Source of the DNA: an uncultured archaeon
GTDB taxonomy: Archaea; Asgardarchaeota; Thorarchaeia; Thorarchaeales; Thorarchaeaceae
Assembly (NCBI GenBank): GCA_964558645.1
Contig: CAZLEV010000023.1
Span: 2,609 to 26,608, forward strand
DNA length: 24,000 bases
Direction: 5' to 3'
The notes under the pieces are model-generated. The model saw only the letters and a program-made list of their open reading frames with translations. It was not told where the DNA came from and did no database searches. The position numbers and the translations under genes were made by a program. Positions within the stretch are counted from its first letter, which is position 1. Each line of letters opens with the position of its first letter. Below, in pieces: positions 14,516 through 22,648 of the stretch.

Positions 14516-15067
14516 CTATTGACCGAGCCTTGCCCGTGCAGTCCGCCGAATCTCTTCAATCGCCTCAATAATGCCTTCGTAGTGCTCTACTAGTTCGTCC
14601 TCTTTGAGTTGGATGGCGTGTGCCTTTGCTTGGTCCAGCAGGGCTATCACTTCAGTGGAGTTTCTCAGAATCTCCTGGTCGAGCTTTCGTTTCTTCTTGT
14701 CAGCAAGATTTTCGTCATATTCTCCTACCGTCTTGGCAAGCTTTGTTCGCTCTTTGGCGATCTTCTTCTCAAGTTTACGGATATGCTTCTTGTCTGCATC
14801 CGCCTCAACCACAGGCACCTCTCTATACTCATCCTTCTTCTCGAGGCCGAGTATTCTCTTCAGGTCACTTCTGAAGAAGCTGACAATCAGGCCAACGAAA
14901 ACCGCGAAGACGCCTGCGATGAAACCCCCGATGCTTGATAATTGATAGGCAATGATGCTAATAACTGTGAGAATGACAATGAGCCCAAGCAGACCTCTCC
15001 AAGGGATGTTCGATGCTTTATCGTTCAACGTTGTTCTCCCACTTGACGAGCGGAGGGCGTATTGCAT
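14516..15067 (-). CDS. Hypothetical membrane protein: 2 TM helices plus a Lys/Glu-rich coiled-coil tail.
   Basis: The TM helices are 'LLGLIVILTVISIIAYQL' and 'GGFIAGVFAVFVGLIVSFF'. A charged helical region follows (KKHIRKLEKKIAKERTKLAKTV...). I do not recognise a family. Confidence 0.55.
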   Translation of the reverse strand: MQYALRSSSGRTTLNDKASNIPWRGLLGLIVILTVISIIAYQLSSIGGFIAGVFAVFVGLIVSFFRSDLKRILGLEKKDEYREVPVVEADADKKHIRKLEKKIAKERTKLAKTVGEYDENLADKKKRKLDQEILRNSTEVIALLDQAKAHAIQLKEDELVEHYEGIIEAIEEIRRTARARLGQ

Positions 15068-15234
15068 TTAAGTTTCTTCTGAAATGCCTTTAGGTATGTG
15101 GGCACTGCGCCCGCTCTCTCTGTATCTCAATAGTTAGGCCATCTGTCAATGTGGAACCATGCAGGCACGATACCGTTCAGTAACGACCATTCAGATAGTT
15201 TCACTGACTCCTTCTCCAATCCATCTCCTATCCC

Positions 15235-15930
15235 TCAGTTTGTTTTCAGGAAGAGGATTTCCACCAGAACGGAGAGGGCTGGTGGAATCAGTCCTGCCGT
15301 CAGAACTACGAAGGAGAAGACTCCCATCCCCATAGCAGCAAGAACAGTGACGACAGGTACTGTTGTCCACATGGCGGTATTCGCGAATCCAGACTGCTGT
15401 CCGAGGACCGGGAACAAGGCTCTCCGTTGGGCCATCGACAGAGCAAAGAATCCCAGGATGAGCATCCCGATGCCCAGACCTAGGGACTGAACACTGCTGA
15501 TCGCATTCAAATCTATGAGAACCGCTATATCTCCGAAAGGATGCAGCCCACCGATGACCAGATATCCTGCGGCATTCATCAGACACCAGAATGCAAGCCA
15601 GACACAGGGCACAGTGAGCCAGCAGTCCGGTCTTCTTGCTAGTAGGTAGACCACTAGAACGAGAGTCAAGGCACCCGTGGCAATGATTCCGCCAGCATAG
15701 AGCCAGGCTCTCTGCCACACCTCCAACGAAGGAATTGCCCACTGTATGTGTGAGAGTTCATACGGCCACAGGACACTGATATACACAGATTTGATTCTTC
15801 CACCAAAGAGCATGACAAAGAGCCCATGGCCTATCACTTCATGTACGAACTCAGACACCAGTTTCATGAAGAATGCCGAGAGTAGGAAGAGCACCACCAG
15901 ACGCTCTCTGACACTTACCTTCTTCTGCAT
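15235..15930 (-). CDS. Polytopic membrane protein with an M50B-like 'HEVIGHG..FGGRI' segment; possibly a variant or inactive intramembrane metalloprotease-like protein.
   Basis: It has 6-7 hydrophobic helices. 'FVHEVIGHGLFVMLFGGRIKSVYI' resembles the Peptidase_M50B 'vHElGHalaallfGGrv' block, but the spacing is HExxxH rather than HExxH. The overlapping ORF 15191..15742 in another frame is Cys/Arg/Ser-rich and looks spurious. Confidence 0.55.
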   Translation of the reverse strand: MQKKVSVRERLVVLFLLSAFFMKLVSEFVHEVIGHGLFVMLFGGRIKSVYISVLWPYELSHIQWAIPSLEVWQRAWLYAGGIIATGALTLVLVVYLLARRPDCWLTVPCVWLAFWCLMNAAGYLVIGGLHPFGDIAVLIDLNAISSVQSLGLGIGMLILGFFALSMAQRRALFPVLGQQSGFANTAMWTTVPVVTVLAAMGMGVFSFVVLTAGLIPPALSVLVEILFLKTN

Positions 15931-16110
15931 CTTCAGCGTCCTCTTGATGGATACTGCATATGGTACTACCTATGATTGAATATCTATGCTGGTTTCTTAG
16001 CAATGATGACACCGTTGATCCAGTTTCATAATCCTCTAAAACGAGAACATGACAGCTGAGTGTTCTGCCGTCTGTCAAAGAGCATGTTGGGACCAGCGAG
16101 TCGGAATATC

Positions 16111-16515
16111 TCATGAGCATTCGCTAGAAGTTCCTGGCATGAGACTGCCTGAGTGACATCTCTGCTGGGCCCATTTCATCATCGTGCAGATATGTCTGTG
16201 CGTTTCCGTCCCTGCATTTGAAAGAGCATATTCTACCTGTGGTGGTGTTTCTGCGATAACATGCCGTTCGATGAGCCCAAGGTCTGTCAGGCTGGAGAGC
16301 CGCTTTGAGAGGGTCGCGTCACTGATTGCCTTTCCCTCTCCCTCTTTCAGTTTCTCACGAATGGCATGATATCTGGTATTGCCGCTGTTACCCAGCAGGA
16401 GAAGAAGCTGGACCGTCCATGGTCGTCCGAGTTGGTCGAAGAGGATCTTGAGTGGTTGAAGACACCGCTGTGTCGAATCTGTCCCTTCATTCATTTCTCT
16501 TTGCTCCAGACACAT
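16111..16515 (-). CDS. HxlR-family winged-helix transcriptional regulator.
   Basis: 'QRCLQPLKILFDQLGRPWTVQLLLLLGNSGNTRYHAIREKL...ISDATLSKRLSSLTDLGLIERHVIAETPPQVEYALSNAG' matches the HxlR pattern (C...l..igGkW...Il..L....RF.eL.....iS...Lt..L+.Le..GlV.R.......VEY.LT..G). The start is uncertain: Met codons at 16578, 16515 and 16494 are all in frame, and the family length favours 16515 or 16494. Confidence 0.75.
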   Translation of the reverse strand: MCLEQREMNEGTDSTQRCLQPLKILFDQLGRPWTVQLLLLLGNSGNTRYHAIREKLKEGEGKAISDATLSKRLSSLTDLGLIERHVIAETPPQVEYALSNAGTETHRHICTMMKWAQQRCHSGSLMPGTSSECS

Positions 16516-16593
16516 AGTGACTGGTAGACACACCTGAGATTGAATATATGCGTCTTGGGGTCTGGGCGCTGTCTGCATCGCCCAACACTTGCA

Positions 16594-16609
16594 CTTCGCA
16601 CCGGCGAAG
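16594..16609. promoter_or_regulatory. Perfect 6-bp inverted repeat CTTCGC-ACCG-GCGAAG between the HxlR gene and the small ORF; candidate operator.
   Basis: The palindrome was read directly. It lies about 25 nt upstream of the TATA-like box of the small ORF and upstream of the likely HxlR starts. Confidence 0.3.
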
Positions 16610-16632
16610 CAACTACTTCTTTCTCTAGCGCG

Positions 16633-16643
16633 GACTTATATTA
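16633..16643 (+). promoter_or_regulatory. TATA-like box (GACTTATATTA) for the small ORF.
   Basis: Its centre is about 37 nt upstream of ATG 16676, consistent with a short-leader or leaderless archaeal transcript. Confidence 0.35.
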
Positions 16644-16675
16644 CTACATCAACGCTTCGAAGCACGTGATAATCA

Positions 16676-16813
16676 ATGGGAAAATGTAAGTGCGGAAGCG
16701 CCGAGGGTCATCATGAGATGTCTGAGGCCGAACGACTCGATCATCTGAAAGAATGTCTTGATGGAGCGCTTGAGCGAATCAAGTGTGTACGGGAGGAGCT
16801 CGACAAGCTATAG
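16676..16813 (+). CDS. Small Cys/His-containing protein of 45 aa, not in the ORF track.
   Basis: My translation is MGKCKCGSAEGHHEMSEAERLDHLKECLDGALERIKCVREELDKL*. It has a TATA-like box upstream. A perfect hairpin plus T-tract begins at the last base of its stop codon. It is divergent from the HxlR regulator. The C-terminal 30 aa has an amphipathic-helix pattern. Confidence 0.45.
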   Translation: MGKCKCGSAEGHHEMSEAERLDHLKECLDGALERIKCVREELDKL

Positions 16814-16850
16814 GACGCCACTGAGCGTCCCTCCAATCTTTCTTTTTCTT
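16813..16850 (+). terminator. Hairpin plus T-tract terminator.
   Basis: GGACGC-CACTGA-GCGTCC is a perfect 6-bp stem (16813-16830). It is followed by CTCCAATCTTTCTTTTTCTT. Confidence 0.5.
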
Positions 16851-16884
16851 GCGAAACGGATTCTTCAATTCTTACGGTTTCATT

Positions 16885-18312
16885 TCAATCCAACAGATCT
16901 CGAACATGGAAGATGCCCAGAATGTTTGTTCTATGCGGAATGTGACGTATTCCTGATGTGAAGACGACATCCATATCCGGGTCTACGAGGCCGGCCTTAT
17001 GAACCGCCTGAACTGCTTCCTTCACCAAGTCGTCAACGCTGCCCACATCTTTCTCAAATCTGACCGGATGCACTCCCCAGAGTAATCTCAGACGTCGCAT
17101 GACCGTCGGGTCTCTCGAGACGGCAAAGATGTTTGCGGGTGGTCTGAATTTCGATATCCATCTTGCTGTGAATCCTGTTCTTGTAGCAGTAACGATTCCA
17201 TCCACCTTGTTCGGGAGTAATGATACTGTACTATATACAAGATTGCCGATGACCTCCACAATCATCTTCTGGGGAGATGTCAAATCAGCCGGGTCCACGC
17301 TAGTGATCCTCTTCTCTGCCTTCTTGATGATACGCTCCATCATCTGTACTGCTCCAACAGGGTCATGACCCATGGCAGTCTCTCCACTCAGCATGACCGC
17401 ATCTGCTCTGTCGAATATGGCATGCGCAACATCGCTGACCTCCGCCCGGGTAGGCAGACGTTCTGATGTCATGGACTCCAACATATGTGTTGCAACAATA
17501 CTCGGCCGTCCCCACAGGTTTGCCTTGCGGATGAGGTCTCGCTGAAGTATCGGTACGTCCTCGATGGGCGCTTCGATTCCAAGGTCGCCTCGTGCAATCA
17601 TGACACCGTGTGACTCCTTGAGAATTTCATCGTAGTTGACGATGGCAAGTGCGTGTTCTATCTTGCTGATGATATCCACATTCTTCGGCCCGTTCTCCTT
17701 GACTATGTCCTCCACCCGAATTACATCAGATGCATCGGTCACGAAAGAGAGCGCAATAAGATCGGGTTCTAGTTCCGCAGCAAGTTCGAGGTCCTCCAAG
17801 TCCTTCTCTGTTGGCAGACGACATGAGAGTTTGATACCCGGGATATTCACGCCCTTCCGGCTGGAGATTGGCCCGCCGTGTGTCACTCTTGCTCGTACCT
17901 CCTCTCCGTCGATGCTCATGACCTCAAGTCTGACTATCCCGTCGTTGATGGCGATGATGTCACCTGGATGGACGTCATGGGGAAGGTCTTCGTGTGACAC
18001 TGAGATTCTGTCTTTCGTGCCAACAATCTCCTTTGTTGTGAGGACTATCTCCTCTCCATTCTCCAGTTCAACAGGTTCTCGCATCTCACCAATCCGTATC
18101 TTTGGCCCCTGAATATCGAAGAGTATGGGAATCGTATCATCCACCGACCGAATCCGGTCGAACACCTCGCGTGCACTGCTATGGTTCTCGTGGGACAGGT
18201 TCAGCCGGGCCACATCCATACCTGCTTCCACCATTCCAGCCAAGGTCTCTCTGTCCTTAGAAGCCGGTCCAATCGTGCATACAATCTTCGAACGGGTTCT
18301 CTCACTACTCAT
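16885..18312 (-). CDS. pyk: Pyruvate kinase.
   Basis: 'RSKIVCTIGPAS', 'MDVARLNLSHE', 'IISKIE', 'GVMIARGDLGIE' and 'MLSGETA' are canonical PK blocks. ATG 18312-18310 (MSSERTRSKIVCTIGP) fits the family N-terminus. The ORF-track start at 18375 adds 21 unlikely residues. Confidence 0.9.
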   Translation of the reverse strand: MSSERTRSKIVCTIGPASKDRETLAGMVEAGMDVARLNLSHENHSSAREVFDRIRSVDDTIPILFDIQGPKIRIGEMREPVELENGEEIVLTTKEIVGTKDRISVSHEDLPHDVHPGDIIAINDGIVRLEVMSIDGEEVRARVTHGGPISSRKGVNIPGIKLSCRLPTEKDLEDLELAAELEPDLIALSFVTDASDVIRVEDIVKENGPKNVDIISKIEHALAIVNYDEILKESHGVMIARGDLGIEAPIEDVPILQRDLIRKANLWGRPSIVATHMLESMTSERLPTRAEVSDVAHAIFDRADAVMLSGETAMGHDPVGAVQMMERIIKKAEKRITSVDPADLTSPQKMIVEVIGNLVYSTVSLLPNKVDGIVTATRTGFTARWISKFRPPANIFAVSRDPTVMRRLRLLWGVHPVRFEKDVGSVDDLVKEAVQAVHKAGLVDPDMDVVFTSGIRHIPHRTNILGIFHVRDLLD

Positions 18313-18506
18313 GATTCGTTCACACTCGTCGCTCATGAAATCCATTTTCAAGATGCATAATAGACCTTCTGTCATGATTCATATGCTCTACTCACCAGAT
18401 ACTCTACTCCAGAAATCGCGCTCGATGGAGGTATGAATTAGTATAAATCCCCTCTCCATCTTTCGTATAGAATGATTACTCACTACTTTGAGGAAGGCTA
18501 GAGACA

Positions 18507-19805
18507 ATGGTGAAGTACAAGACAATCAACGCGATGGAGATTCTGGACTCACGAGGTAATCCAACCCTCATGACGCGTGTGGTTCTCACAGACGGGTCAG
18601 TCGGTGTTGCGAGAGTGCCAAGCGGTGCATCTACAGGCGCCAATGAGGCCCTTGAGCTGAGAGATGGTGACGATAGATACAGGGGGAAGGGAGTTTTACA
18701 GGCGATGCAGAATGTCAACAGCACTATTCTCCAAGGCTTGAAAAACACCAATCCCCTTGCGCAAGAGGTTGTTGACGCGAAACTGCTCGAAATGGATCCC
18801 AGTGATAGAAAGGAGAATCTGGGCGCAAATGCTGTTCTATCTGTTTCTATGGCCTCTGCCGTTGCCGCCGCAAACCATCTGGGCATGCATCTTTTTGAGT
18901 ATCTTCGTACCCAGGTCCTCCGCAAAGAGCCAAGGTATCTCCAGCCAGTTCCCATGTCCAATGTGATCAATGGGGGTGAGCACGCTGGAAACGACCTTGC
19001 CATACAGGAGTTCATGGTCATGCCCGTTGGCGCTCCCACCATCAGAGAGGCTGTGCGCTGCATTGCAGAAGTCTATCACACTCTGGGAAAGAACATGGTC
19101 ACGAAGTACGGGCCTATGGCAAAACATGTGGGTGACGAGGGCGGCTTCTGTGGTTTCAGACTTGAGTCAACCACTGATGCACTTGATGAGATCATGGAAG
19201 CAGCGAGTGAGGCTGGCTATGCCCCAGGGAGCGAGGTGATGCTTGCGGTTGATGCGGCAGCTAGCGAGTTCTACAGGGATGGAAAGTATCACATAGACAG
19301 GAAGCACCTCGACGCCGGAGACCTCCTAGAGTTCTATCTTGAGATCATTGACACCTACCCGATTGCCAGCATTGAAGATCCATTCGACGAGACCGCCTTC
19401 GAGGATTTCGCGGCCCTCGTTGAGAAGACAGATATCCAGATAGTAACAGATGACCTGACGGTTTCAAGTCCCGACATCGTGAGAAAGGCAATTGACATGA
19501 AGGCAGGACGAGGCCTTCTGCTGAAGGTCAATCAGATCGGCACGGTCACAGAGGCCATCGAGGCTTCCCAACTTGCCAATGATGCAGATTGGCCGGTCGT
19601 AGTCAGCCATCGAAGTGGTGAGACTTGTGACACGTTCATTGCAGACCTTGCCGTAGGGCTCTCAACAGGACAGATCAAGACCGGCGCTCCAGCACGGTCT
19701 GACAGGGTAGCCAAATACAACCGTCTGCTCAGAATCCACGAGATTCTTGAGGGACATGATGGTTATCCGGGTACGCAGTTCATGACAGCATGGAGGAATT
19801 TCTAG
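18507..19805 (+). CDS. eno: Enolase (phosphopyruvate hydratase).
   Basis: 'INAMEILDSRGNPT', 'SGASTGANEALELRDG', 'VGDEGGF', 'IEDPFDE', 'LLLKVNQIGTVTEA' and 'SHRSGET.DTFIADLAV' are present. The length of 432 aa is full. Confidence 0.95.
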   Translation: MVKYKTINAMEILDSRGNPTLMTRVVLTDGSVGVARVPSGASTGANEALELRDGDDRYRGKGVLQAMQNVNSTILQGLKNTNPLAQEVVDAKLLEMDPSDRKENLGANAVLSVSMASAVAAANHLGMHLFEYLRTQVLRKEPRYLQPVPMSNVINGGEHAGNDLAIQEFMVMPVGAPTIREAVRCIAEVYHTLGKNMVTKYGPMAKHVGDEGGFCGFRLESTTDALDEIMEAASEAGYAPGSEVMLAVDAAASEFYRDGKYHIDRKHLDAGDLLEFYLEIIDTYPIASIEDPFDETAFEDFAALVEKTDIQIVTDDLTVSSPDIVRKAIDMKAGRGLLLKVNQIGTVTEAIEASQLANDADWPVVVSHRSGETCDTFIADLAVGLSTGQIKTGAPARSDRVAKYNRLLRIHEILEGHDGYPGTQFMTAWRNF

Positions 19806-19808
19806 AAT

Positions 19809-21050
19809 ATGACAGAAAAGCGGGCCACACTTCTCATCGTCTTGGACGGGGCGGGTGATCGTGGAATCAAAGAGCTGGAAGGGAAGACCGCATTCGAAGC
19901 GGCCGAGACCCCACATCTTGACATGCTTGCTGATAAGGGGCAGACCGGTCTGATGAATGTCATCGGACACGGGCAGACACCGGGGAGCGATACTGCGCAT
20001 CTATCCCTCTTCGGGTACAATCCTGAGGAACACTATCCCGGACGCGGTCCGCTGGAGGCTCTAGGTGCCGGTCTTGACTCAAGGCCCGGCGATGTTGCCT
20101 TCCGTTCAAACTTTGCAACGATCAATGAGGACTTCATCGTGCAAGACCGTCGGGCAGGTCGTGAGATCTCTCCTGAGGAGGGTTCAGCCCTAGGAGAGAG
20201 GATTGACGATATGAGAATTGAAGATGTCACCATCAGGTTCGTGCATACAGTGGAACATCGCGGTGCCATTGTCCTTCGAGGCCCTGAACTGTCTGCAGAC
20301 ATCACTGACATAGACCCCCACGAGACCGGAAAGAGAATCTTGACCTGCAACCCTCGTTCTATGGAGGCTGAGAAGACTGCGCGCATAGTCAACGAGTTCG
20401 TCAAGAGGTCGCATGAGATCCTGAAGGATCTTGAAGCGAACAGGAAACGTATGGAACGGGATCTGCCGCCAGCTAACGTCATTCTGTTGCGGGGGGCGGG
20501 CAAGCATGAGGATGTCCCCACAATCAAGAAGCGGTACGGCATCAAGTCCGCCGTGATTGCAGGCGGAGCTCTCTACATAGGCACTGCCAAGTATGTTGGA
20601 ATGGACCACATCCCGGTGGAGGGGCAGACAGGCACAATCGAGACCAATTTCGATGGCATTGCTGAGAAGACCATTGAATGCATTAAGTCTGGGTATGACT
20701 ATGTCTTTGTACACATCAAAGCACCAGACAATGCTGGCCATGATGGAAATGCCAGTGAGAAGGTACTAGCAATCGAGAAGAGCGATGCGATGATTGGTAA
20801 GATTCTCGACGGAATCGGTGATAGAATCATAGTCTTAGTCACTGCGGACCACTGTACGCCTGTTTCAGTAAGTGAACACACTTGCGACCCCGTTCCTGTT
20901 GTACTGTATTCTGACTTCATCCGGCCAGATCGAGTGAAGAGATTCTCTGAGTTTGACATGGCCGATGGCGCTCTACACATGATCAGAGGGTTGGATGTCA
21001 TGCCACTCCTCCTCGGCTATGCCGGCCACATCGAGAAGTACGGTGCCTGA
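19809..21050 (+). CDS. apgM: 2,3-bisphosphoglycerate-independent phosphoglycerate mutase, archaeal type.
   Basis: 'LLIVLDGAGDR', 'TPHLDMLA', 'PGSDTAHLSLFGY', 'VFVHIKAPDNAGHDGN' and 'VTADHCTP' match the archaeal ApgM family. The ATG lies 3 nt after the eno stop (TAG AAT ATG). Confidence 0.9.
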   Translation: MTEKRATLLIVLDGAGDRGIKELEGKTAFEAAETPHLDMLADKGQTGLMNVIGHGQTPGSDTAHLSLFGYNPEEHYPGRGPLEALGAGLDSRPGDVAFRSNFATINEDFIVQDRRAGREISPEEGSALGERIDDMRIEDVTIRFVHTVEHRGAIVLRGPELSADITDIDPHETGKRILTCNPRSMEAEKTARIVNEFVKRSHEILKDLEANRKRMERDLPPANVILLRGAGKHEDVPTIKKRYGIKSAVIAGGALYIGTAKYVGMDHIPVEGQTGTIETNFDGIAEKTIECIKSGYDYVFVHIKAPDNAGHDGNASEKVLAIEKSDAMIGKILDGIGDRIIVLVTADHCTPVSVSEHTCDPVPVVLYSDFIRPDRVKRFSEFDMADGALHMIRGLDVMPLLLGYAGHIEKYGA

Positions 21051-21125
21051 TGGTCTAGAATGTTCTCTTCGACACTTCCAAAACGATATATTGATTCGCG
21101 TAGTAGTAAACTATCGTGAACAACA

Positions 21126-21869
21126 ATGACGCTTGAGAATAAAGTAGCAATCGTAACTGGCGCAGCTCAAGGCATAGGTCTAGGCATTGCCCTGGAGCTA
21201 GCTGAGAGAGGCGCACGAGTAGCCCTCAGCGATATCGCCGACGATGTTGCTGACAAGGCGAAGGATCTTGCTGAGAAAGGACATGAGGTCATGTCTGTTA
21301 TTGGTGATGTCAGTAACACAGAGCAGGTTGAAGATATGGTGCGTAAGGTAGTGGACCGCTGGGGTCAGGTCGACGTTCTTGTGAACAATGCCGGTGTCTA
21401 TCCCTATAAGGCGTTGGATGAGATGAAGCGTGCCGATTGGGATCGAGTCATCGACATCAATCTGGACGGCACGTTCAACTTCACAAAAGCAGTGTTGCCT
21501 CATATGAAGAAGAATGGCGGCAGCATCGTCAACATCGCATCAATTGCAGGAACAACAGTAGGCTACCAGATGTTAGCGCACTATAGCGCCTCGAAGGCTG
21601 GTGTACTCGGCTTCACTAAGGCGGCCGCTCTCGAACTCGCCAAGCACAAGATACGTGTGAATGCGATTGCCCCTGGAGCAATTGAGACCCCAACGGTTGA
21701 GAAGATCATGGATGACGCTACTCGTAAGCAGACCATCGAGTCAATTCCTTGGAAGAGGTTCGGGCGTCCAGATGATATCGGAAAAGCCACTGCATTTCTG
21801 GCGTCAGATGATTCAGACTACGTCACCGGTCAGCTTCTGATTGTGGACGGCGGTTTGACGGTCCAGTAA
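21126..21869 (+). CDS. Short-chain dehydrogenase/reductase (FabG-like).
   Basis: 'VAIVTGAAQGIGLGIA' (the TGxxxGxG motif), 'NNAG', the catalytic 'YSASKAG' and 'PGAIETP' are present. A TATA-like CGATATATTG lies about 35 nt upstream. Confidence 0.9.
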   Translation: MTLENKVAIVTGAAQGIGLGIALELAERGARVALSDIADDVADKAKDLAEKGHEVMSVIGDVSNTEQVEDMVRKVVDRWGQVDVLVNNAGVYPYKALDEMKRADWDRVIDINLDGTFNFTKAVLPHMKKNGGSIVNIASIAGTTVGYQMLAHYSASKAGVLGFTKAAALELAKHKIRVNAIAPGAIETPTVEKIMDDATRKQTIESIPWKRFGRPDDIGKATAFLASDDSDYVTGQLLIVDGGLTVQ

Positions 21870-21915
21870 TAGGATTCACGTGAGTCCTTGGCGATGCATC
21901 GGGTCAGTAGCAGGA

Positions 21916-22587
21916 TCAGCTGCCATTCCATGTTTCGATCTCGCCGTTGAGATATCCAATCATGATGCGGTTCTCAGCTCTCCGCAGTCGTTCCTGCATG
22001 GCCACTCTGCTGATGCCTATCTCAGATGCAAGGTCAGCGGCTGAAACATGTCGCGGGATTGAGTAGTAGCCGTTCTCGATGGCCAACACTATCGCTTCTT
22101 TCTGCTTGGGAGTCAGCGTGATCCCCGTTAGGTCGGGTGGTCCCGCTCTGACTCTCAAGACTCTAACACTGGTGAACCGTTTCCTGAGCAGATCTAGCAG
22201 CTGCCTGAGAACAGGTTTGGATGGAGCCAACACGCTATGTATCTGAGTACCAGAGTCTATGGAGATAGGCAGCAGTGTCATGCAGCCGCTCTCCAAAACA
22301 GTGTCGTATATTGACGGTCCGCTGATACGGTGTATAACGCGCGTCCAGTATGCGTCAGGAGAACTATGTGTCACCTCTACTAGTACGGTGCTGGATGACT
22401 CTCTGAGCCGGCGCACATATCTCTTGATATCCTCTTCTTCTCCTCTCATGGACTCAATGATTCCAAATCCAGTGTCACCATTGATAGTCATGATACGGAC
22501 ACGGACCGGAGTCTCTTGAGTCAGCTGGCATGAGTAGTATTGCTCTGAACCAATCTCCATCAGGCAGTGTACCACCATTATATACAC
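21916..22587 (-). CDS. HTH_10 (bacterio-opsin-activator-type) DNA-binding protein.
   Basis: The C-terminal 'LTPKQKEAIVLAIENGYYSIPRHVSAADLASEIGISRVAMQERLRRAENRIM' is the HTH_10 signature. I do not recognise the N-terminal ~150 aa. The start is uncertain, with several Met residues in the first 10 aa. Confidence 0.75.
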   Translation of the reverse strand: MYIMVVHCLMEIGSEQYYSCQLTQETPVRVRIMTINGDTGFGIIESMRGEEEDIKRYVRRLRESSSTVLVEVTHSSPDAYWTRVIHRISGPSIYDTVLESGCMTLLPISIDSGTQIHSVLAPSKPVLRQLLDLLRKRFTSVRVLRVRAGPPDLTGITLTPKQKEAIVLAIENGYYSIPRHVSAADLASEIGISRVAMQERLRRAENRIMIGYLNGEIETWNGS

Positions 22588-22648
22588 CCGTCACAGGACG
22601 GCATTAGTCCTATCCTTATAGAGGTGTTCTCTTGGATGGTGAAGAGCG

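Noticed and set aside
15191-15742. A 183-aa ORF overlapping the polytopic membrane-protein gene in another minus-strand frame.
   Set aside because: Its translation is Cys/Arg/Ser/Gly-rich with no hydrophobic helices or motifs. The 15235..15930 frame gives a coherent multi-TM protein.
16758-16961. A 67-aa plus-strand ORF spanning the small-ORF terminator and the 3' end of pyk.
   Set aside because: It crosses a hairpin/T-tract terminator and overlaps the pyruvate kinase C-terminus in antisense. The in-frame 45-codon ORF at 16676..16813 explains the coding-like signal better.
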